The notes under the pieces were generated by a model that did not search any database, was not told where the DNA came from, and was given only the letters and a program-made list of their open reading frames with translations. From positions 273,907-337,906 of the forward strand of contig JAHFBF010000001.1 in the NCBI GenBank assembly GCA_023250195.1: a stretch of 64,000 nucleotides of DNA. The letters run 5' to 3'. Both the position numbers and the translations under genes were made by a program. This document shows, in pieces, positions 1 to 12,784 of this stretch. This DNA is from Candidatus Melainabacteria bacterium. GTDB lineage: Bacteria; Cyanobacteriota; Vampirovibrionia; 2-02-FULL-35-15. Position 1 is the first letter of the stretch; every line of letters begins with the position of its first letter.

Positions 1-357
1 CGCTCCAAGTCCATCAGCATCAGAAGTATATTCAGGGGTTTCAAAAGAGACCTGTACATGGCTTTGAGCACCAAGGTTATATATCTCATCCGGCTGCACC
101 TGCTGTATTACACGAATCATATTAGTCGAATCCGTCATATCTCCATAATGTAAAAAGAATTTGCTTTCCGGATTATGAGGATCTTTATAAAGATGATCTA
201 TTCTTTCTGTATTAAAAAGAGAAGAACGTCTTTTTATCCCATGGACAATATATCCTTTACTTAAAAGCAATTCAGATAAGTATGCTCCATCCTGCCCTGT
301 AACGCCTGTAATTAATGCAACTTTTTGTCTCTGAATAGAATTATTATTTACAGTCAA
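1..357 (-). CDS. gmd: GDP-mannose 4,6-dehydratase (5' part; runs off window)
   Basis: Manual translation from TTG at 357 gives ...[46 protein letters not shown], the typical Gmd N-terminus; not in the ORF track. Confidence 0.93.
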   Translation of the reverse strand, partial: MTVNNNSIQRQKVALITGVTGQDGAYLSELLLSKGYIVHGIKRRSSLFNTERIDHLYKDPHNPESKFFLHYGDMTDSTNMIRVIQQVQPDEIYNLGAQSHVQVSFETPEYTSDADGLGA

Positions 358-359
358 AC

Positions 360-1838
360 TTACACTCCCGTTAAAGCTCTAAAAGCCTTCACATATTTTG
401 TAATATCCTTCATACGGGTAATTTTTTTTATGTTTCTATAGATTACACTTGGCTTCCTGTAATACTCTCTAAAAGCTTTTGCTAACAACTCCTGCATTCT
501 TTCTTTTCCAATTTGTGGGTTTACATAAACAGGATTTGAATAATCAACACAGCTATAATCTTTCCAGCTCATATTTTCTTTCAAGCCGCCATCTTCTTTT
601 GCCTGGGTTAGAAGATAAGATCCAGGATAAGGAACCGGTAAGAAAAATAATGCTGTTTCTGTAGCTAATTTCTTCGCAAAGCTAATAGTGTTTTCTGCAT
701 CTTCAACAGTTTCTCCCGGAAGTCCAAGAATATAGCTAGCCATAACCTGTATACCAAGCTTCTGGCAGTTTCTAATTTCCTGTTCATATTTATTTAAAAG
801 ATATGGTCTACCCTTTGGATCATTTGGATCAGCTTTAAATGCACTTGAGTAGGAAGCTTTTTTAATTAATTCAAGAGATTTTATATTTCCTGATTCAATA
901 CCAATCTGAATCATCCAACAGCCTGCTTTTTTCAGCTCACCTAAAAGCTCAAGATCTAATTGATCAGCTCTTGCATTACAGGCAAATGAAATTTTAAAGT
1001 CCTGATTTTGAAGCTCTTTAAGCAGCTTCATTATGAAATCTCTTCTTACTGTAAAAACACTGTCTAAGAAATAGATTCCTTTTGCACCATAATTTTCAAC
1101 AAGGTGCCTTATATTTTCTATTGCTCTTTCAACGCTAAGTGATCTGATTTTTCTGCCTAAAACAGCTCCATGATCACAATAAGTGCATTGGTAAGGACAG
1201 CCTCTTTGTAAAAGAATCGGATAGTTTGGAAGATCAACATATTGGGTTACATGAGGAACATATTTGTCCATTGGTACTTTGTGATAAGCAGGAAATGGCA
1301 ATACATCCAGGTCAGGGATTGGTGTTCGTGGAGTAGTATATTTTACTTTATTTTCTTCTTTACCCCAGTAAGCCAGACCATCTACCCCATGATAATCTTT
1401 ACCTTCCTGTAAACAATTTGCTAAATCAATAAATGTTTGTTCTCCTTCTCCAACTATTATTAAATCCGCATCAAGACATTCCTTTACAGTCTGCTCTGGA
1501 AGTGCCGTAGGATGAACCCCTCCAAGAACAATTAATGCATCAGGACAAACCTCTCTGGCAACCTTTGCAGAAGCAAAAGCATCCAGCGCAGAGTTAGTCA
1601 TGCAGGTAATTCCAATAAAGTCATATTTATTTTTTGAAAGGTGTTCTTTGAGATCAGCAATTTTATATTTTTCAACCAGACAATCCAGAACATCACAATG
1701 AAAACCTTTTTCTTCCATGTAATTTGCAATGTACATTATTCCAAGCGGGGGAACATAGCCACTTCCTTTTTTAAATCTCCCCCACATAACTTCATCTGAA
1801 ATTGGTGGCTGCAGAACTAATATTTTAATTTCTTTCAT
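360..1838 (-). CDS. B12-binding class B radical SAM protein
   Basis: PPLGIMYIA and GGVHPT cobalamin-binding motifs; [10 protein letters not shown] (CxxxCxxC); GIESG; GLPGET. Confidence 0.9.
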   Translation of the reverse strand: MKEIKILVLQPPISDEVMWGRFKKGSGYVPPLGIMYIANYMEEKGFHCDVLDCLVEKYKIADLKEHLSKNKYDFIGITCMTNSALDAFASAKVAREVCPDALIVLGGVHPTALPEQTVKECLDADLIIVGEGEQTFIDLANCLQEGKDYHGVDGLAYWGKEENKVKYTTPRTPIPDLDVLPFPAYHKVPMDKYVPHVTQYVDLPNYPILLQRGCPYQCTYCDHGAVLGRKIRSLSVERAIENIRHLVENYGAKGIYFLDSVFTVRRDFIMKLLKELQNQDFKISFACNARADQLDLELLGELKKAGCWMIQIGIESGNIKSLELIKKASYSSAFKADPNDPKGRPYLLNKYEQEIRNCQKLGIQVMASYILGLPGETVEDAENTISFAKKLATETALFFLPVPYPGSYLLTQAKEDGGLKENMSWKDYSCVDYSNPVYVNPQIGKERMQELLAKAFREYYRKPSVIYRNIKKITRMKDITKYVKAFRALTGV

Positions 1839-2023
1839 AAGTATCTCTTTAGATTCTACTCCATTAGATATTACATATTTAGCAACAAGTTAAATTATAT
1901 TACAAGTAATTCTCCTAAACTATATTCAGGATTACTTATTACTTTATGTAGTTATGCAAGACGGAACCAAAGCTAAAGTGTTACTTCTTAACCTGCCATA
2001 CTGTTTACGCTATAATCTCTACT

Positions 2024-3967
2024 ATGTGCGGCATAGTAGGCATTTATAATTACACAACAAATGAACCGGCAAATAGGCAGATTTTAGAAAAGGCCACCTG
2101 GGCTATTGCTCATAGAGGTCCAGATGAGTTTGGTTATCATTTTGACGATAAAAATGGAGTGGCTTTAGGGAGCAGAAGACTAAGCATCATTGATTTAAGC
2201 ACAGGTAAACAACCTCTCTTTAACGAAGACAACTCAATTTCATTAGTGGGTAATGGAGAAATTTATAATTTTCCGGACCTCTTTGAAGAATTAACATCAA
2301 AAGGACATAAGTTTAAAACAAGATCCGATAATGAAGCAATAATTCATCTCTACGAAATATACGGTACAAAGTGTGTCGAGCATTTAAATGGAATGTTTGC
2401 ATTTGCCTTGTGGGATGAAAATAAAAAACTTTTATTTATTGCCAGAGACAGAATGGGAGTAAAGCCTCTGTATTATGCCCTCCAGAATAATTCTATTTAT
2501 TTTTGTTCAGAACTAAAGGGTTTACTTGCAATTCCTGAAATAAAAAGAGAGTTAAACCCGGAAGCATTAAATAAATATCTTACTTTTGAAAATATTCCTT
2601 CTCCACACTCTATTATTAAAAACATCTTCAAGCTTGAAGCCGGAAATATTTTAACCATTCAAAATGGACATATTAAAAAAGAGCAGTATTGGGATTTGCC
2701 ACTTGATCTTCCAAAATTAAAAATAACCGAGGAAGAGGCTGTTGAAGAATTTGAAAGATTATTCAGTCAATCTGTCAAAAGACGCTTGTTAAGTGATGTT
2801 CCTGTAGGAGTCTTTTTAAGCGGTGGAATTGATTCCAGTCTTGTGGCAAAGTTTATGGCAGAACACTCCAGCGATAAAATTAGAACATTTTCAATTGGTT
2901 TCCATGAGAAATCTTTTGATGAATCAAAAATTGCAATGAAATTCGCAAAAGAGTTAAACAGCGAACATAATCAGTTTCTATTTGACTCTAAAGAATGTTT
3001 AAATTTAATCCCTAATTTAGCTTCTCTTGTAGATGAACCACTCTCTGACGCTTCAATATTACCTACTTACTTTCTGTCACATTTCGCTTCCAAACAATTA
3101 AAAGTCTGCCTTGGAGGAGATGGTGGTGATGAACTTTTCGCCGGGTACCAGATATTTCCAGTTCATAAATTAATAGGACTTTATGATATTATTCCACGTG
3201 AGCTTAAAAAGCTGCTTTTATTTATGGCAAATAAAATGCCGCCAAGAGAAACTTATTTAAGTTTTCCATTTGTACTAAAGCAGTTTTTAAGGGGTGCAGG
3301 ATTATCGACAGAATTTAGAATGTTTGCCTGGATGGGAGCTTATCTGGATAATGAGAAAAAACAATTATTAAACCCTAATATTCAAGACATGATCAATGAA
3401 AACACTTTTGAAGATGTAAGAAATCATCTGAGTAAGAAATTTATTTCTACTGATGAAGATAGAATGCTTTATTTAATTTCAAAACTTTATTTAACAGATG
3501 ACGTGTTGGTAAAAGTAGACAGAGCAAGCATGTTCACAAGTCTTGAAGTCAGAGCACCATTTTTAGATTACACAATTCAGGACTTTGTAGCACAGCTTCC
3601 TTATGACTTAAAGCTAAGCAGATTGACTTCCAAATACCTGCTTAAAAAAATGGCCAAAAAACATATTCCAAATTACATAATAAACAGAAAAAAGCAGGGC
3701 TTTGCAATACCTGTCACTAAATGGCTCAAGCATGAATTAAAAGACACCCTACTACACTACACAAGCAAAAGTTATATCGATAACCAGGGTTTATTTAATC
3801 ATGACTTTATAGAAAAAATTGTGCAAAACCACTTAAACGAGACCTGGGATAATAAAAAACTTTTATGGAATCTTTTAGTTTTTCAAATTTGGTATGAAAA
3901 ATATAAACCGTCTATTGGAAGTATCGGTGAAACTAAGCCAGATAAAGGATTAACAGTTAGAGTTTAA
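2024..3967 (+). CDS. asnB: Asparagine synthase (glutamine-hydrolysing) family amidotransferase, probably glycan-modifying
   Basis: MCGIVG Ntn N-terminus, HRGPD, RLSIID, NGEIYNF, LSGGIDSS, GDGGDELFAGY, KVDRASM. Confidence 0.9.
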   Translation: MCGIVGIYNYTTNEPANRQILEKATWAIAHRGPDEFGYHFDDKNGVALGSRRLSIIDLSTGKQPLFNEDNSISLVGNGEIYNFPDLFEELTSKGHKFKTRSDNEAIIHLYEIYGTKCVEHLNGMFAFALWDENKKLLFIARDRMGVKPLYYALQNNSIYFCSELKGLLAIPEIKRELNPEALNKYLTFENIPSPHSIIKNIFKLEAGNILTIQNGHIKKEQYWDLPLDLPKLKITEEEAVEEFERLFSQSVKRRLLSDVPVGVFLSGGIDSSLVAKFMAEHSSDKIRTFSIGFHEKSFDESKIAMKFAKELNSEHNQFLFDSKECLNLIPNLASLVDEPLSDASILPTYFLSHFASKQLKVCLGGDGGDELFAGYQIFPVHKLIGLYDIIPRELKKLLLFMANKMPPRETYLSFPFVLKQFLRGAGLSTEFRMFAWMGAYLDNEKKQLLNPNIQDMINENTFEDVRNHLSKKFISTDEDRMLYLISKLYLTDDVLVKVDRASMFTSLEVRAPFLDYTIQDFVAQLPYDLKLSRLTSKYLLKKMAKKHIPNYIINRKKQGFAIPVTKWLKHELKDTLLHYTSKSYIDNQGLFNHDFIEKIVQNHLNETWDNKKLLWNLLVFQIWYEKYKPSIGSIGETKPDKGLTVRV

Positions 3968-3973
3968 ATCAGC

Positions 3974-4059
3974 ATGTCATTCCCGCAAAAGCGGGAATCC
4001 AGTTGTGATCCATAAGCATTATTAAAACTGGATTCCCTGGTCAAGCCAGGGAATGACAT
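3974..4059. repeat. GTCATTCCC-type composite palindrome (RPE/CGTC-REP-like), intergenic
   Basis: atgtcattcccg...cgggaatccagtt-spacer-aactggattccctgg...ccagggaatgacat between convergent asnB and lptD. Confidence 0.85.
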
Positions 4060-4070
4060 CTTCAACTTTT

Positions 4071-5876
4071 CTAAATCCCACCACTCTTATTCTGTGAATT
4101 TAAAATTACAAACTTTTCAAAATCAACTGGTTGCCCAAATAAAAAGTTTAATCCAAACTGTGTCTGCTGTCTTAGTGCATCCCAATTTACAAGCATTTTA
4201 AAATCTTTTGGACCGACCTTTGCCCTGACTTGTCTTTCTATAACTTCCTGTACTTGTAAATTATATGTTCCATAACCACCAAGTGTAATCCACTCAGAAA
4301 GCTTTACATCACCATCCAGTGAAACACTCTGCATACCCTGAATATATTGATCATAAAATAATGGTGATTTCCCCCTTACATAGCCCTGATCATATCCAAG
4401 TCCAAATGAAACCGGTCCCAGTTTATTATCCAGTACAGGACCACCGGTAAATATTCCCTGAAAGTCACCTGTTGAATAAGCTCTAAAAGCATTTCTCGTC
4501 CTGAATCTTAAAGCAGTATTATATTTTTCTGTTCCCAGTTTAAATACCGGTTTACTGATAAGGGTAATTTGTTCTTCAGCTTTAAAAGCACTGTTTTTAA
4601 AATCTTTTGGATTCCCTGCATCATTTAGAAAGTTTTTATATTTTGTTGGTAAAATTCCCGGGCTGCTTTGAACCCAGGAACTTGCTGATCTGAAGTTAAC
4701 ACCACCTTCAGTAACCTTATTAAGGAAAGAATTTCTCCATTTCCTCCGATCTACAAGCCCAACATTAATCTGTGCAAGAGTACTTCCTAAGAAGCCTTCA
4801 TCAAGATAGTAATTATAAGCTGTACGAAACTCAGTTTTATTCCCAAAAAGTTTTTGTCTGAACTGACCTATAAAACGCTGTTTTAGAGAACCATAGGAAA
4901 GTTGCAAAGTTGTTGTTGGTCCATAAAAACCAAGCATACCTCCATATCCCGGCGAACCACCTGAACCAATTTGTGCAAAAGGAGAAAAAGAGAGAATATG
5001 ATAATCTGTAACATTAAGATTAAAAGCAGGTCCAATTGCAAATCCACCAAGAGCCCCCTGTGTACCAAGGGTAGGCGCAATAAGTGGGGCAGTTCTAACA
5101 TTTGGGTCTGAATTTACTGTCGTAGTAAATTTCGGCTCAGCAGGCAATGAAAAATTTTGAAAGTGTACTCTTCCACCATACACAGTTAAATTATTAACTG
5201 CTTTACTTTGATCATAGACAATTTTTTCTGCAGTTACTCTGTACTTTACATTCTTTGAAACATCATCCCATCCCGGGGCCTTCCTTGCAGCTCTTGAAGC
5301 CTGAAGACTATAAAATGTTCTGGGGTGAATCCTTGCACCAAATCCCTGTGCTACACGAACAGGTTCTTCAAGTTTTAATCTTCCATGCTCATATTCGATC
5401 TGACTATCAGGCAGACTGGCAACTGTTCTTGCTTTGATTACTGCACCTTTGATCAGAGTAAACGGTTTTGTCAACAGATACTTGTTTGAAGTAACATCAA
5501 ATTTAAATGACTCTCCACTTGTAACAATATTATCCCTGGTGATTTTTACATTGCCTTTTGCTTCTACATGCTGATCGCCACCGTAATAAGTAATCTCATC
5601 AGCTTCCAGTTTTGCGTTTTGTTCAACAATGTGAGCTGTTGACATCCCGGAAGTTATATAAACATTTGATTCGTGATCATATTCAACATTGTCACCTTCA
5701 AGCTCTAAATAAACAGCTTTTGCTTTTAGAGGATCGGATGATTGAGAATTAAGGTTTGAGGACTTAATAGTTTTTTTTGACTGTTTGTGAAAAGGATTCT
5801 TTAAAATGCTTGCATTTGCCTGCAAAGCAAATAAAAGACCAACTGTAATAACTAAGATTAAATAATATTTTTTCAT
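4071..5876 (-). CDS. LptD/OstA-like LPS assembly outer-membrane protein
   Basis: Signal peptide; OstA-like N-terminal beta-jellyroll (LEADEITY..VEAKGNVKI); beta-strand-rich C-terminus. Confidence 0.7.
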   Translation of the reverse strand: MKKYYLILVITVGLLFALQANASILKNPFHKQSKKTIKSSNLNSQSSDPLKAKAVYLELEGDNVEYDHESNVYITSGMSTAHIVEQNAKLEADEITYYGGDQHVEAKGNVKITRDNIVTSGESFKFDVTSNKYLLTKPFTLIKGAVIKARTVASLPDSQIEYEHGRLKLEEPVRVAQGFGARIHPRTFYSLQASRAARKAPGWDDVSKNVKYRVTAEKIVYDQSKAVNNLTVYGGRVHFQNFSLPAEPKFTTTVNSDPNVRTAPLIAPTLGTQGALGGFAIGPAFNLNVTDYHILSFSPFAQIGSGGSPGYGGMLGFYGPTTTLQLSYGSLKQRFIGQFRQKLFGNKTEFRTAYNYYLDEGFLGSTLAQINVGLVDRRKWRNSFLNKVTEGGVNFRSASSWVQSSPGILPTKYKNFLNDAGNPKDFKNSAFKAEEQITLISKPVFKLGTEKYNTALRFRTRNAFRAYSTGDFQGIFTGGPVLDNKLGPVSFGLGYDQGYVRGKSPLFYDQYIQGMQSVSLDGDVKLSEWITLGGYGTYNLQVQEVIERQVRAKVGPKDFKMLVNWDALRQQTQFGLNFLFGQPVDFEKFVILNSQNKSGGI

Positions 5877-5927
5877 AAAACCTATTAATAATTATATATT
5901 GTTAGACGTTAAGGAAATAATTCTGCC

Positions 5928-5954
5928 TAGAGACTAGATTAATCGCGTCTCTAC
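5928..5954. repeat. GTAG-type REP-like palindrome
   Basis: tagagactagattaatcgcgtctctac in the lptD/recF divergent spacer. Confidence 0.7.
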
Positions 5955-5968
5955 GTTAATATACTCTT

Positions 5969-7162
5969 ATGCACCTAAAGAAACTAAAACTAGTTAACTA
6001 TAGAAATTACCTGGATTTTGAGGGTAAATTTCATCACTTAAAAACAATTATTATTGGCCAAAACGCTCAGGGAAAAACAAATATACTGGAAGCAATAAAT
6101 ATTCTTGCAACTGCTCAGTCAGACCGGGCAGAAAAAGACAATGATCTTGTTTACTGGAATAAAGAACATGCTCTGCTTTTTGCAACAGTAGGTGCAGGTC
6201 GGGACCTGCACCTACTGGAGATTGCACTGCAAATAAATTCAAGCGGCAGAAGAAAATTAAAAATAAATGACATAGCAAAAAAAGCTCCTCAGGCAGATTT
6301 GCTTGGAAACTTTTTTGCAGTAATGTTTTCCTGTGATGATCTTTATCTTATAAAAGGTTCCCCATCAATTAGAAGAAACTGGTTAGACTCTGTCATTTTT
6401 CAACTGGATTCAAAATACCACAGGACAATGCAGAGTTACCAAAAATCGATCACACAAAAAAACGCTCTTTTAAAAAATGCAAGAGAAATCGGAATGTCAA
6501 GAAAAACGCTAAAAGAACAGCTTGAAATCTGGAATGAGCAAATAATAAATTCAGGCTCAGACGTACTAAGCACTCGGCTGGATTTTATAAAAGAAATTAG
6601 ACCGATTGCAAAAGACTTTCAGGACAACATCTCCAAGCATACAGAAGCCCTGGATTTGATTTACAAATCTACCATTGAAACAGATAAAAATGTCATTGCC
6701 AGGAGCCAAAGCCACGAGCAAAGCGCGGCAGTCAGTGACAAGGAGACATTAAAAACTCAATTTAAAAAAGCCTTGGACAATTCTTTCGATGAAGAGCTTG
6801 CAAGAGGTCAATCTGTTATTGGTCCTCATAGAGACGATCTGATTTTTTTAATTAATGAAAAAGAGGCAAAATCATTTGCAAGTCAGGGACAACAAAGATC
6901 AATCGTTCTTGCTATAAAACTTGCAGAGTTAAAAATAATTGAAAAAAGAAAAGACGAAATTCCTGTTTTACTTTTGGATGATGTATTTGCCGAACTTGAT
7001 GAAAGCAGGCAGGATTTTTTACTTCACAATTTACCTAAAAACATACAAACATTTCTTACTACTACACACCTGAGTAATATTCAAAAAGAGTTTCTTAAAG
7101 GAGCACAAATACTTGAAATTAAAAATGGACAGGTCGTAGAAAACGCAGAGTGCCGTATATAG
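5969..7162 (+). CDS. recF: DNA replication/repair protein RecF
   Basis: GQNAQGKTNILEAI Walker A, GSPSIRR, GPHRDDL, SQGQQRS, LLLDDVFAELD. Confidence 0.96.
   Translation: MHLKKLKLVNYRNYLDFEGKFHHLKTIIIGQNAQGKTNILEAINILATAQSDRAEKDNDLVYWNKEHALLFATVGAGRDLHLLEIALQINSSGRRKLKINDIAKKAPQADLLGNFFAVMFSCDDLYLIKGSPSIRRNWLDSVIFQLDSKYHRTMQSYQKSITQKNALLKNAREIGMSRKTLKEQLEIWNEQIINSGSDVLSTRLDFIKEIRPIAKDFQDNISKHTEALDLIYKSTIETDKNVIARSQSHEQSAAVSDKETLKTQFKKALDNSFDEELARGQSVIGPHRDDLIFLINEKEAKSFASQGQQRSIVLAIKLAELKIIEKRKDEIPVLLLDDVFAELDESRQDFLLHNLPKNIQTFLTTTHLSNIQKEFLKGAQILEIKNGQVVENAECRI
6186..6217. repeat. GTAG-type REP-like palindrome inside recF
   Basis: Perfect 15-bp inverted repeat cagtaggtgcaggtc-gg-gacctgcacctactg. 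Confidence 0.9.
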
Positions 7163-7164
7163 CA

Positions 7165-7190
7165 GTAGGGGCACCGATGTGTCAGCCCTG
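7165..7190. repeat. Degenerate GTAG-type REP
   Basis: gtaggggcaccgatgtgtcagccctg between recF and dciA. Confidence 0.5.
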
Positions 7191-7209
7191 AAGAAAATGT
7201 AAATCAAAA

Positions 7210-7536
7210 ATGCCAGATCTAAATAAAAAAACCAGAAGAGGAAACTTAACAAAAATCGGGGAAATTATTCCGGCGATAAAAGAGAATTTGGGGCTTGAAA
7301 AAAGTTTAAAAATTACAGCCCTAAAAGAGCTCTGGCCTTTAGTAACCAGTTTTGAAATTGCAAAATACAGTCAGCCAGCCTATTTTGATAATGAAGAAAA
7401 TCTGGTCATTGCAGTAAAAAGTGGACCACTTGCAACAGAATTATCCATGCATAAAATAGGCATTTTAGCGCAATTAAAAGAAGCTATTAAAAATACAGAT
7501 ATTACATTTAAAGATATTAGGTTTATAAACAGATAA
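7210..7536 (+). CDS. DUF721/DciA family helicase-loader protein
   Basis: W..v....A..sqP...L.I.V.S...ATEL pattern; canonical position between recF and gyrB. Confidence 0.8.
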   Translation: MPDLNKKTRRGNLTKIGEIIPAIKENLGLEKSLKITALKELWPLVTSFEIAKYSQPAYFDNEENLVIAVKSGPLATELSMHKIGILAQLKEAIKNTDITFKDIRFINR

Positions 7537-7605
7537 ATTCATAGACACAAATACATCATATATACCAGTTTTTAACTGGTAGTATTCTAATGTTATAAAT
7601 GCTAG

Positions 7606-9648
<2,043 letters not shown>

Positions 9649-9760
9649 ATTTTTCTGGCTGCTCACTATTGCAATTAAATACTCTCTAAGATATACTTTC
9701 TTTTAATTGTATACAAAATGTAAGCCGCAAACAACGTTATAAAGTTGTAATTTTATATAA

Positions 9761-10387
9761 ATGTCTCATGAAATCTCACTTAGAGCTCTCAGTATCCTAG
9801 CTGTCAAGCTTAGAGCATTTGAGGTTACTAACAGACCCAGACTAATTCGCAGTGCAACTAGCATAGATTCAGATTATTCTCCTCGAGTTAGACAAGCTGC
9901 AATACTGGCTATACTAGATAGCGGCAAAGTTGAAGAAAACGAAGTACTGGATTTATTTTCCATTATTAAGGATCCTGAAAATCATTTTCCAATCCTGGGA
10001 AATGATGACAATGCTAAAACAAATAATCTGGTTTTAAAAGTTGACGCTGCAGTAGCAATTGTGAAATTTGCACTGAAACACACAACTTTTAAAGATATAA
10101 GAGCTGAATTTATATCTGAACTTGGAAGCATTTTAGATTCAATGGAAAAAGATGAATTATTCAAAAGCTTACATACAAAATTAACCAGTGATAAATTACC
10201 AAAAAGAAATCTTGCTGAATTTGAAAACTATTATTGGGGTGGATTCAAAAGCCTTCTAGCTACCTTATACATAGCTGAAAAAGAACTATTGACAGACGAA
10301 ACTTTATCTTCTCACTACTTTGAAAAATATACAGGTCTCATAGATAAAAAAGACATACTACTCGGTATAAACTTTAAAGAAATTTGA
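9761..10387 (+). CDS. Hypothetical helical protein (HEAT-like segment)
   Basis: 208-aa ORF; SPRVRQAAILAI resembles one HEAT repeat. Confidence 0.55.
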   Translation: MSHEISLRALSILAVKLRAFEVTNRPRLIRSATSIDSDYSPRVRQAAILAILDSGKVEENEVLDLFSIIKDPENHFPILGNDDNAKTNNLVLKVDAAVAIVKFALKHTTFKDIRAEFISELGSILDSMEKDELFKSLHTKLTSDKLPKRNLAEFENYYWGGFKSLLATLYIAEKELLTDETLSSHYFEKYTGLIDKKDILLGINFKEI

Positions 10388-10519
10388 AATTGTTAATCCT
10401 TATAGCTTATAAAGCAGTTTCATAACAGCATATTTAATAACTACTCTTGTTCTTTTTCACCAAATTTAGGACAATGAGTCTGTTATCCCTAACATTTTTA
10501 TTCAAGAAAGGTCATATAA

Positions 10520-11524
10520 ATGGTAGAAACTTTAATAAGAAAAGAAGTAAGTGAGAATCCTTTATTAACACAAATGAACGGAAAAAGAGCAGTAAAAATA
10601 TTTTCAGGCCGTGCAAATATCCCTCTTTCAAAAGAAATTTGTGAATATTTAAAATTACCTCTTGGAAAAATAAATATAACCCCATTTTCAGATGGCGAAC
10701 TTTATGTACAAATTGAAGAGAGTGTGAGAGGCTGCGATGTCTTTTTAATTCAGCCTACCTGTCCTCCGGTTAATGAAAATATAATGGAACTGCTGATTGT
10801 TCTTGATGCTCTTAAGAGAGCAAGTGCAGAAAAGATCACTATTGTTATTCCTTATTATGGTTATGGCAGACAGGATCGGAAAGCTGCCGGTCGTGAACCT
10901 ATTACTGCAAAGCTGGTTGCTGATTTACTCTGTAATTCAGGCACCACAAGAATACTTGCACTTGATTTACATGCTACACAGATAATGGGATTTTTTGATG
11001 TTCTTGTAGATCATCTTTTTGCTACCCCTGTTCTTGTAAAACACATAGAATCACTTAATTTAAAAGATATTGTAGTAGTAAGCCCTGATGTAGGCGGTGT
11101 TACAAGAGCACGTGCTTTTGCAAAAAAACTAAATGCTCCAATTGCAATTCTTGATAAAAGAAGACCCATAGATAAACGCAATACTGTTGAAGTCATTAAT
11201 ATTATCGGGGAAATCAAAGGTAAAAGCTGCATCATGGTAGATGACATGATCGATACAGCAGGAACTATTACTCAGGGAGCTGAACTACTTGTAAAAGAAG
11301 GTGCAAAAGAAGTTTTAGCATGCTCTACTCATGCTGTTTTATCAGGACCAGCAAAAGAAAGAATAGATAAATCTCCTATAAGCACATTAATAGTTACAAA
11401 TTCTATCCAGATCCCAAAAGAAAAGGCACCAAAGAAACTAAAGGTCTTAAGTGTAGCTCCACTGCTTGCAGAAGCTATAAAGAGAATTCACCTTGATGAT
11501 TCCGTAAGTGAAATGTTTGCCTGA
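10520..11524 (+). CDS. prs: Ribose-phosphate pyrophosphokinase
   Basis: FSDGE, PYYGYGRQDRK, DLHA, VVSPDVGG, VDDMIDTAGT. Confidence 0.97.
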   Translation: MVETLIRKEVSENPLLTQMNGKRAVKIFSGRANIPLSKEICEYLKLPLGKINITPFSDGELYVQIEESVRGCDVFLIQPTCPPVNENIMELLIVLDALKRASAEKITIVIPYYGYGRQDRKAAGREPITAKLVADLLCNSGTTRILALDLHATQIMGFFDVLVDHLFATPVLVKHIESLNLKDIVVVSPDVGGVTRARAFAKKLNAPIAILDKRRPIDKRNTVEVINIIGEIKGKSCIMVDDMIDTAGTITQGAELLVKEGAKEVLACSTHAVLSGPAKERIDKSPISTLIVTNSIQIPKEKAPKKLKVLSVAPLLAEAIKRIHLDDSVSEMFA

Positions 11525-11535
11525 CAGTTCTTAAA

Positions 11536-12348
11536 ATGGAAATAAAGCATAAAACCATTCCTTTAATATTTCTAATATTACTTTCTTATTCAAATTTAGG
11601 AACTTATATAAAAAAAGAGCTGGATACTGAAGAACAGAGTAGACCTCCAGAAGTAAGAAGATATGATACTGCAATTCCACAACAAATAATTATTCCCGAC
11701 CAACAACAAAATCAAAGAGATGCTTTACTTCTTAGAGAAGAAATTTCAAACTTAAAAAAAGAATTGCAGGAGCAAAAAGAATTAATAAGAACACAAGGCG
11801 GTACAACCACACAGCTTTTACAAAAAAACATTGATCTTACAAATGATCAAGCAAGGATAATTTCAGATTTAATAATGGACACCACTGTAATTCTTCAAGG
11901 ATTTGCAAATTCCACCAGACTCTTTATAGATCTCCAGAAGAAGTACAAAGATGCTTTTATATTTAATAAAGGTGGAAAACCTTATGCCTATATTGATTTT
12001 CCTGAGCTGAAGATATATGAATATGCCACTGGCAATCTTCTCGGTTGGATTAATTCAGACACAAATGAAATTATTAGAAATTATGATGGTTCAATAATTG
12101 CAACAATAGAAAATGATTTTTTAATTGATGACAAAGGTTCACCAATAGGATCAATAGAAAGATCAGAAACTCTCAAATGGGAGCGGGAAAAACTCACGAC
12201 ACAAAAGACTCCCGGATCTCATTTTTTTGTAATGGCAGTGGCTCCACAACAATTTATACAAACAAAATTCAGAACAAGCGATTGGTCTACACAAAAAATA
12301 GAGGATGTTTTGTTTTTCTCTGAAAAGAATGTACAAAAGCTAAAATGA
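11536..12348 (+). CDS. Exported coiled-coil protein with C-terminal beta-flower-like repeats
   Basis: N-terminal hydrophobic stretch, coiled coil, repeated units like FNKGGKPYAYI / YEYATGNLLGWI / DDKGSPIG. Confidence 0.55.
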   Translation: MEIKHKTIPLIFLILLSYSNLGTYIKKELDTEEQSRPPEVRRYDTAIPQQIIIPDQQQNQRDALLLREEISNLKKELQEQKELIRTQGGTTTQLLQKNIDLTNDQARIISDLIMDTTVILQGFANSTRLFIDLQKKYKDAFIFNKGGKPYAYIDFPELKIYEYATGNLLGWINSDTNEIIRNYDGSIIATIENDFLIDDKGSPIGSIERSETLKWEREKLTTQKTPGSHFFVMAVAPQQFIQTKFRTSDWSTQKIEDVLFFSEKNVQKLK

Positions 12349-12410
12349 GTCTTATAAGCTATAATAAATAAGAATCAAATCCTGATTCTCTGATCTCTGA
12401 TTCACGCTAA

Positions 12411-12505
12411 ATATAAAGCGAAGAATGTTCGTAAGCGACATTCTGAGCGTGTGAAGTAAAACAAAAAATAGCAAGGCGTCTGCGTAGCAGCGCCGAAGCG
12501 TTATA
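12411..12505 (+). repeat. Two-hairpin leader element (family F), copy A
   Basis: Alignable to 20252-20350(-) with compensatory stem changes; ends 5 nt before tRNA-Val. Confidence 0.65.
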
Positions 12506-12510
12506 AAAAA

Positions 12511-12582
12511 GGGCAGTTGGCTCAGTGGTAGAGCACCTCGTTTACACCGAGGGGGTCAGGGGTTCAAATCCCTTACTGCCCA
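12511..12582 (+). tRNA. tRNA-Val (TAC)
   Basis: GGGCAGT acceptor, TGGTAGAGC D-loop, CCTCG-TTTACAC-CGAGG anticodon arm, GGTTCAAATCC T-arm; CCA not encoded. Confidence 0.97.
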
Positions 12583-12588
12583 AGTTCA

Positions 12589-12674
12589 TTTTATAGGTTC
12601 AGACAAGCTGAACCTTCCTTCTGTCAAATCTCTCACAGATCGGATTTGCTGGCAAAGCCAGACAAATCCTTTAA
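12589..12674 (+). repeat. Multi-hairpin dispersed element (family E), copy 1
   Basis: aggttcag-acaag-ctgaacct ... gatc-ggatttg-ctgg-caaag-ccag-a-caaatcc. Confidence 0.75.
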
Positions 12675-12784
12675 GTACAATTACGTTATTGAAGGCTTTT
12701 CATATAAAGAAAATCCTTCACTTTAGATCTTGCTCAGTAAAAATAAGTCCTTTGTTGAGCTTTAAATATTAAAATAGATTTATC

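Noticed and set aside
7563..7581. Palindrome taccagtt-ttt-aactggta upstream of gyrB
   Set aside because: Single short instance; cannot be assigned as an operator or terminator
12589..12674. c-di-GMP-I riboswitch match for family E
   Set aside because: Only a superficial GGCAAA-like word; lacks the GACGCAAAGC and second-stem consensus, and copies occur in both orientations relative to genes
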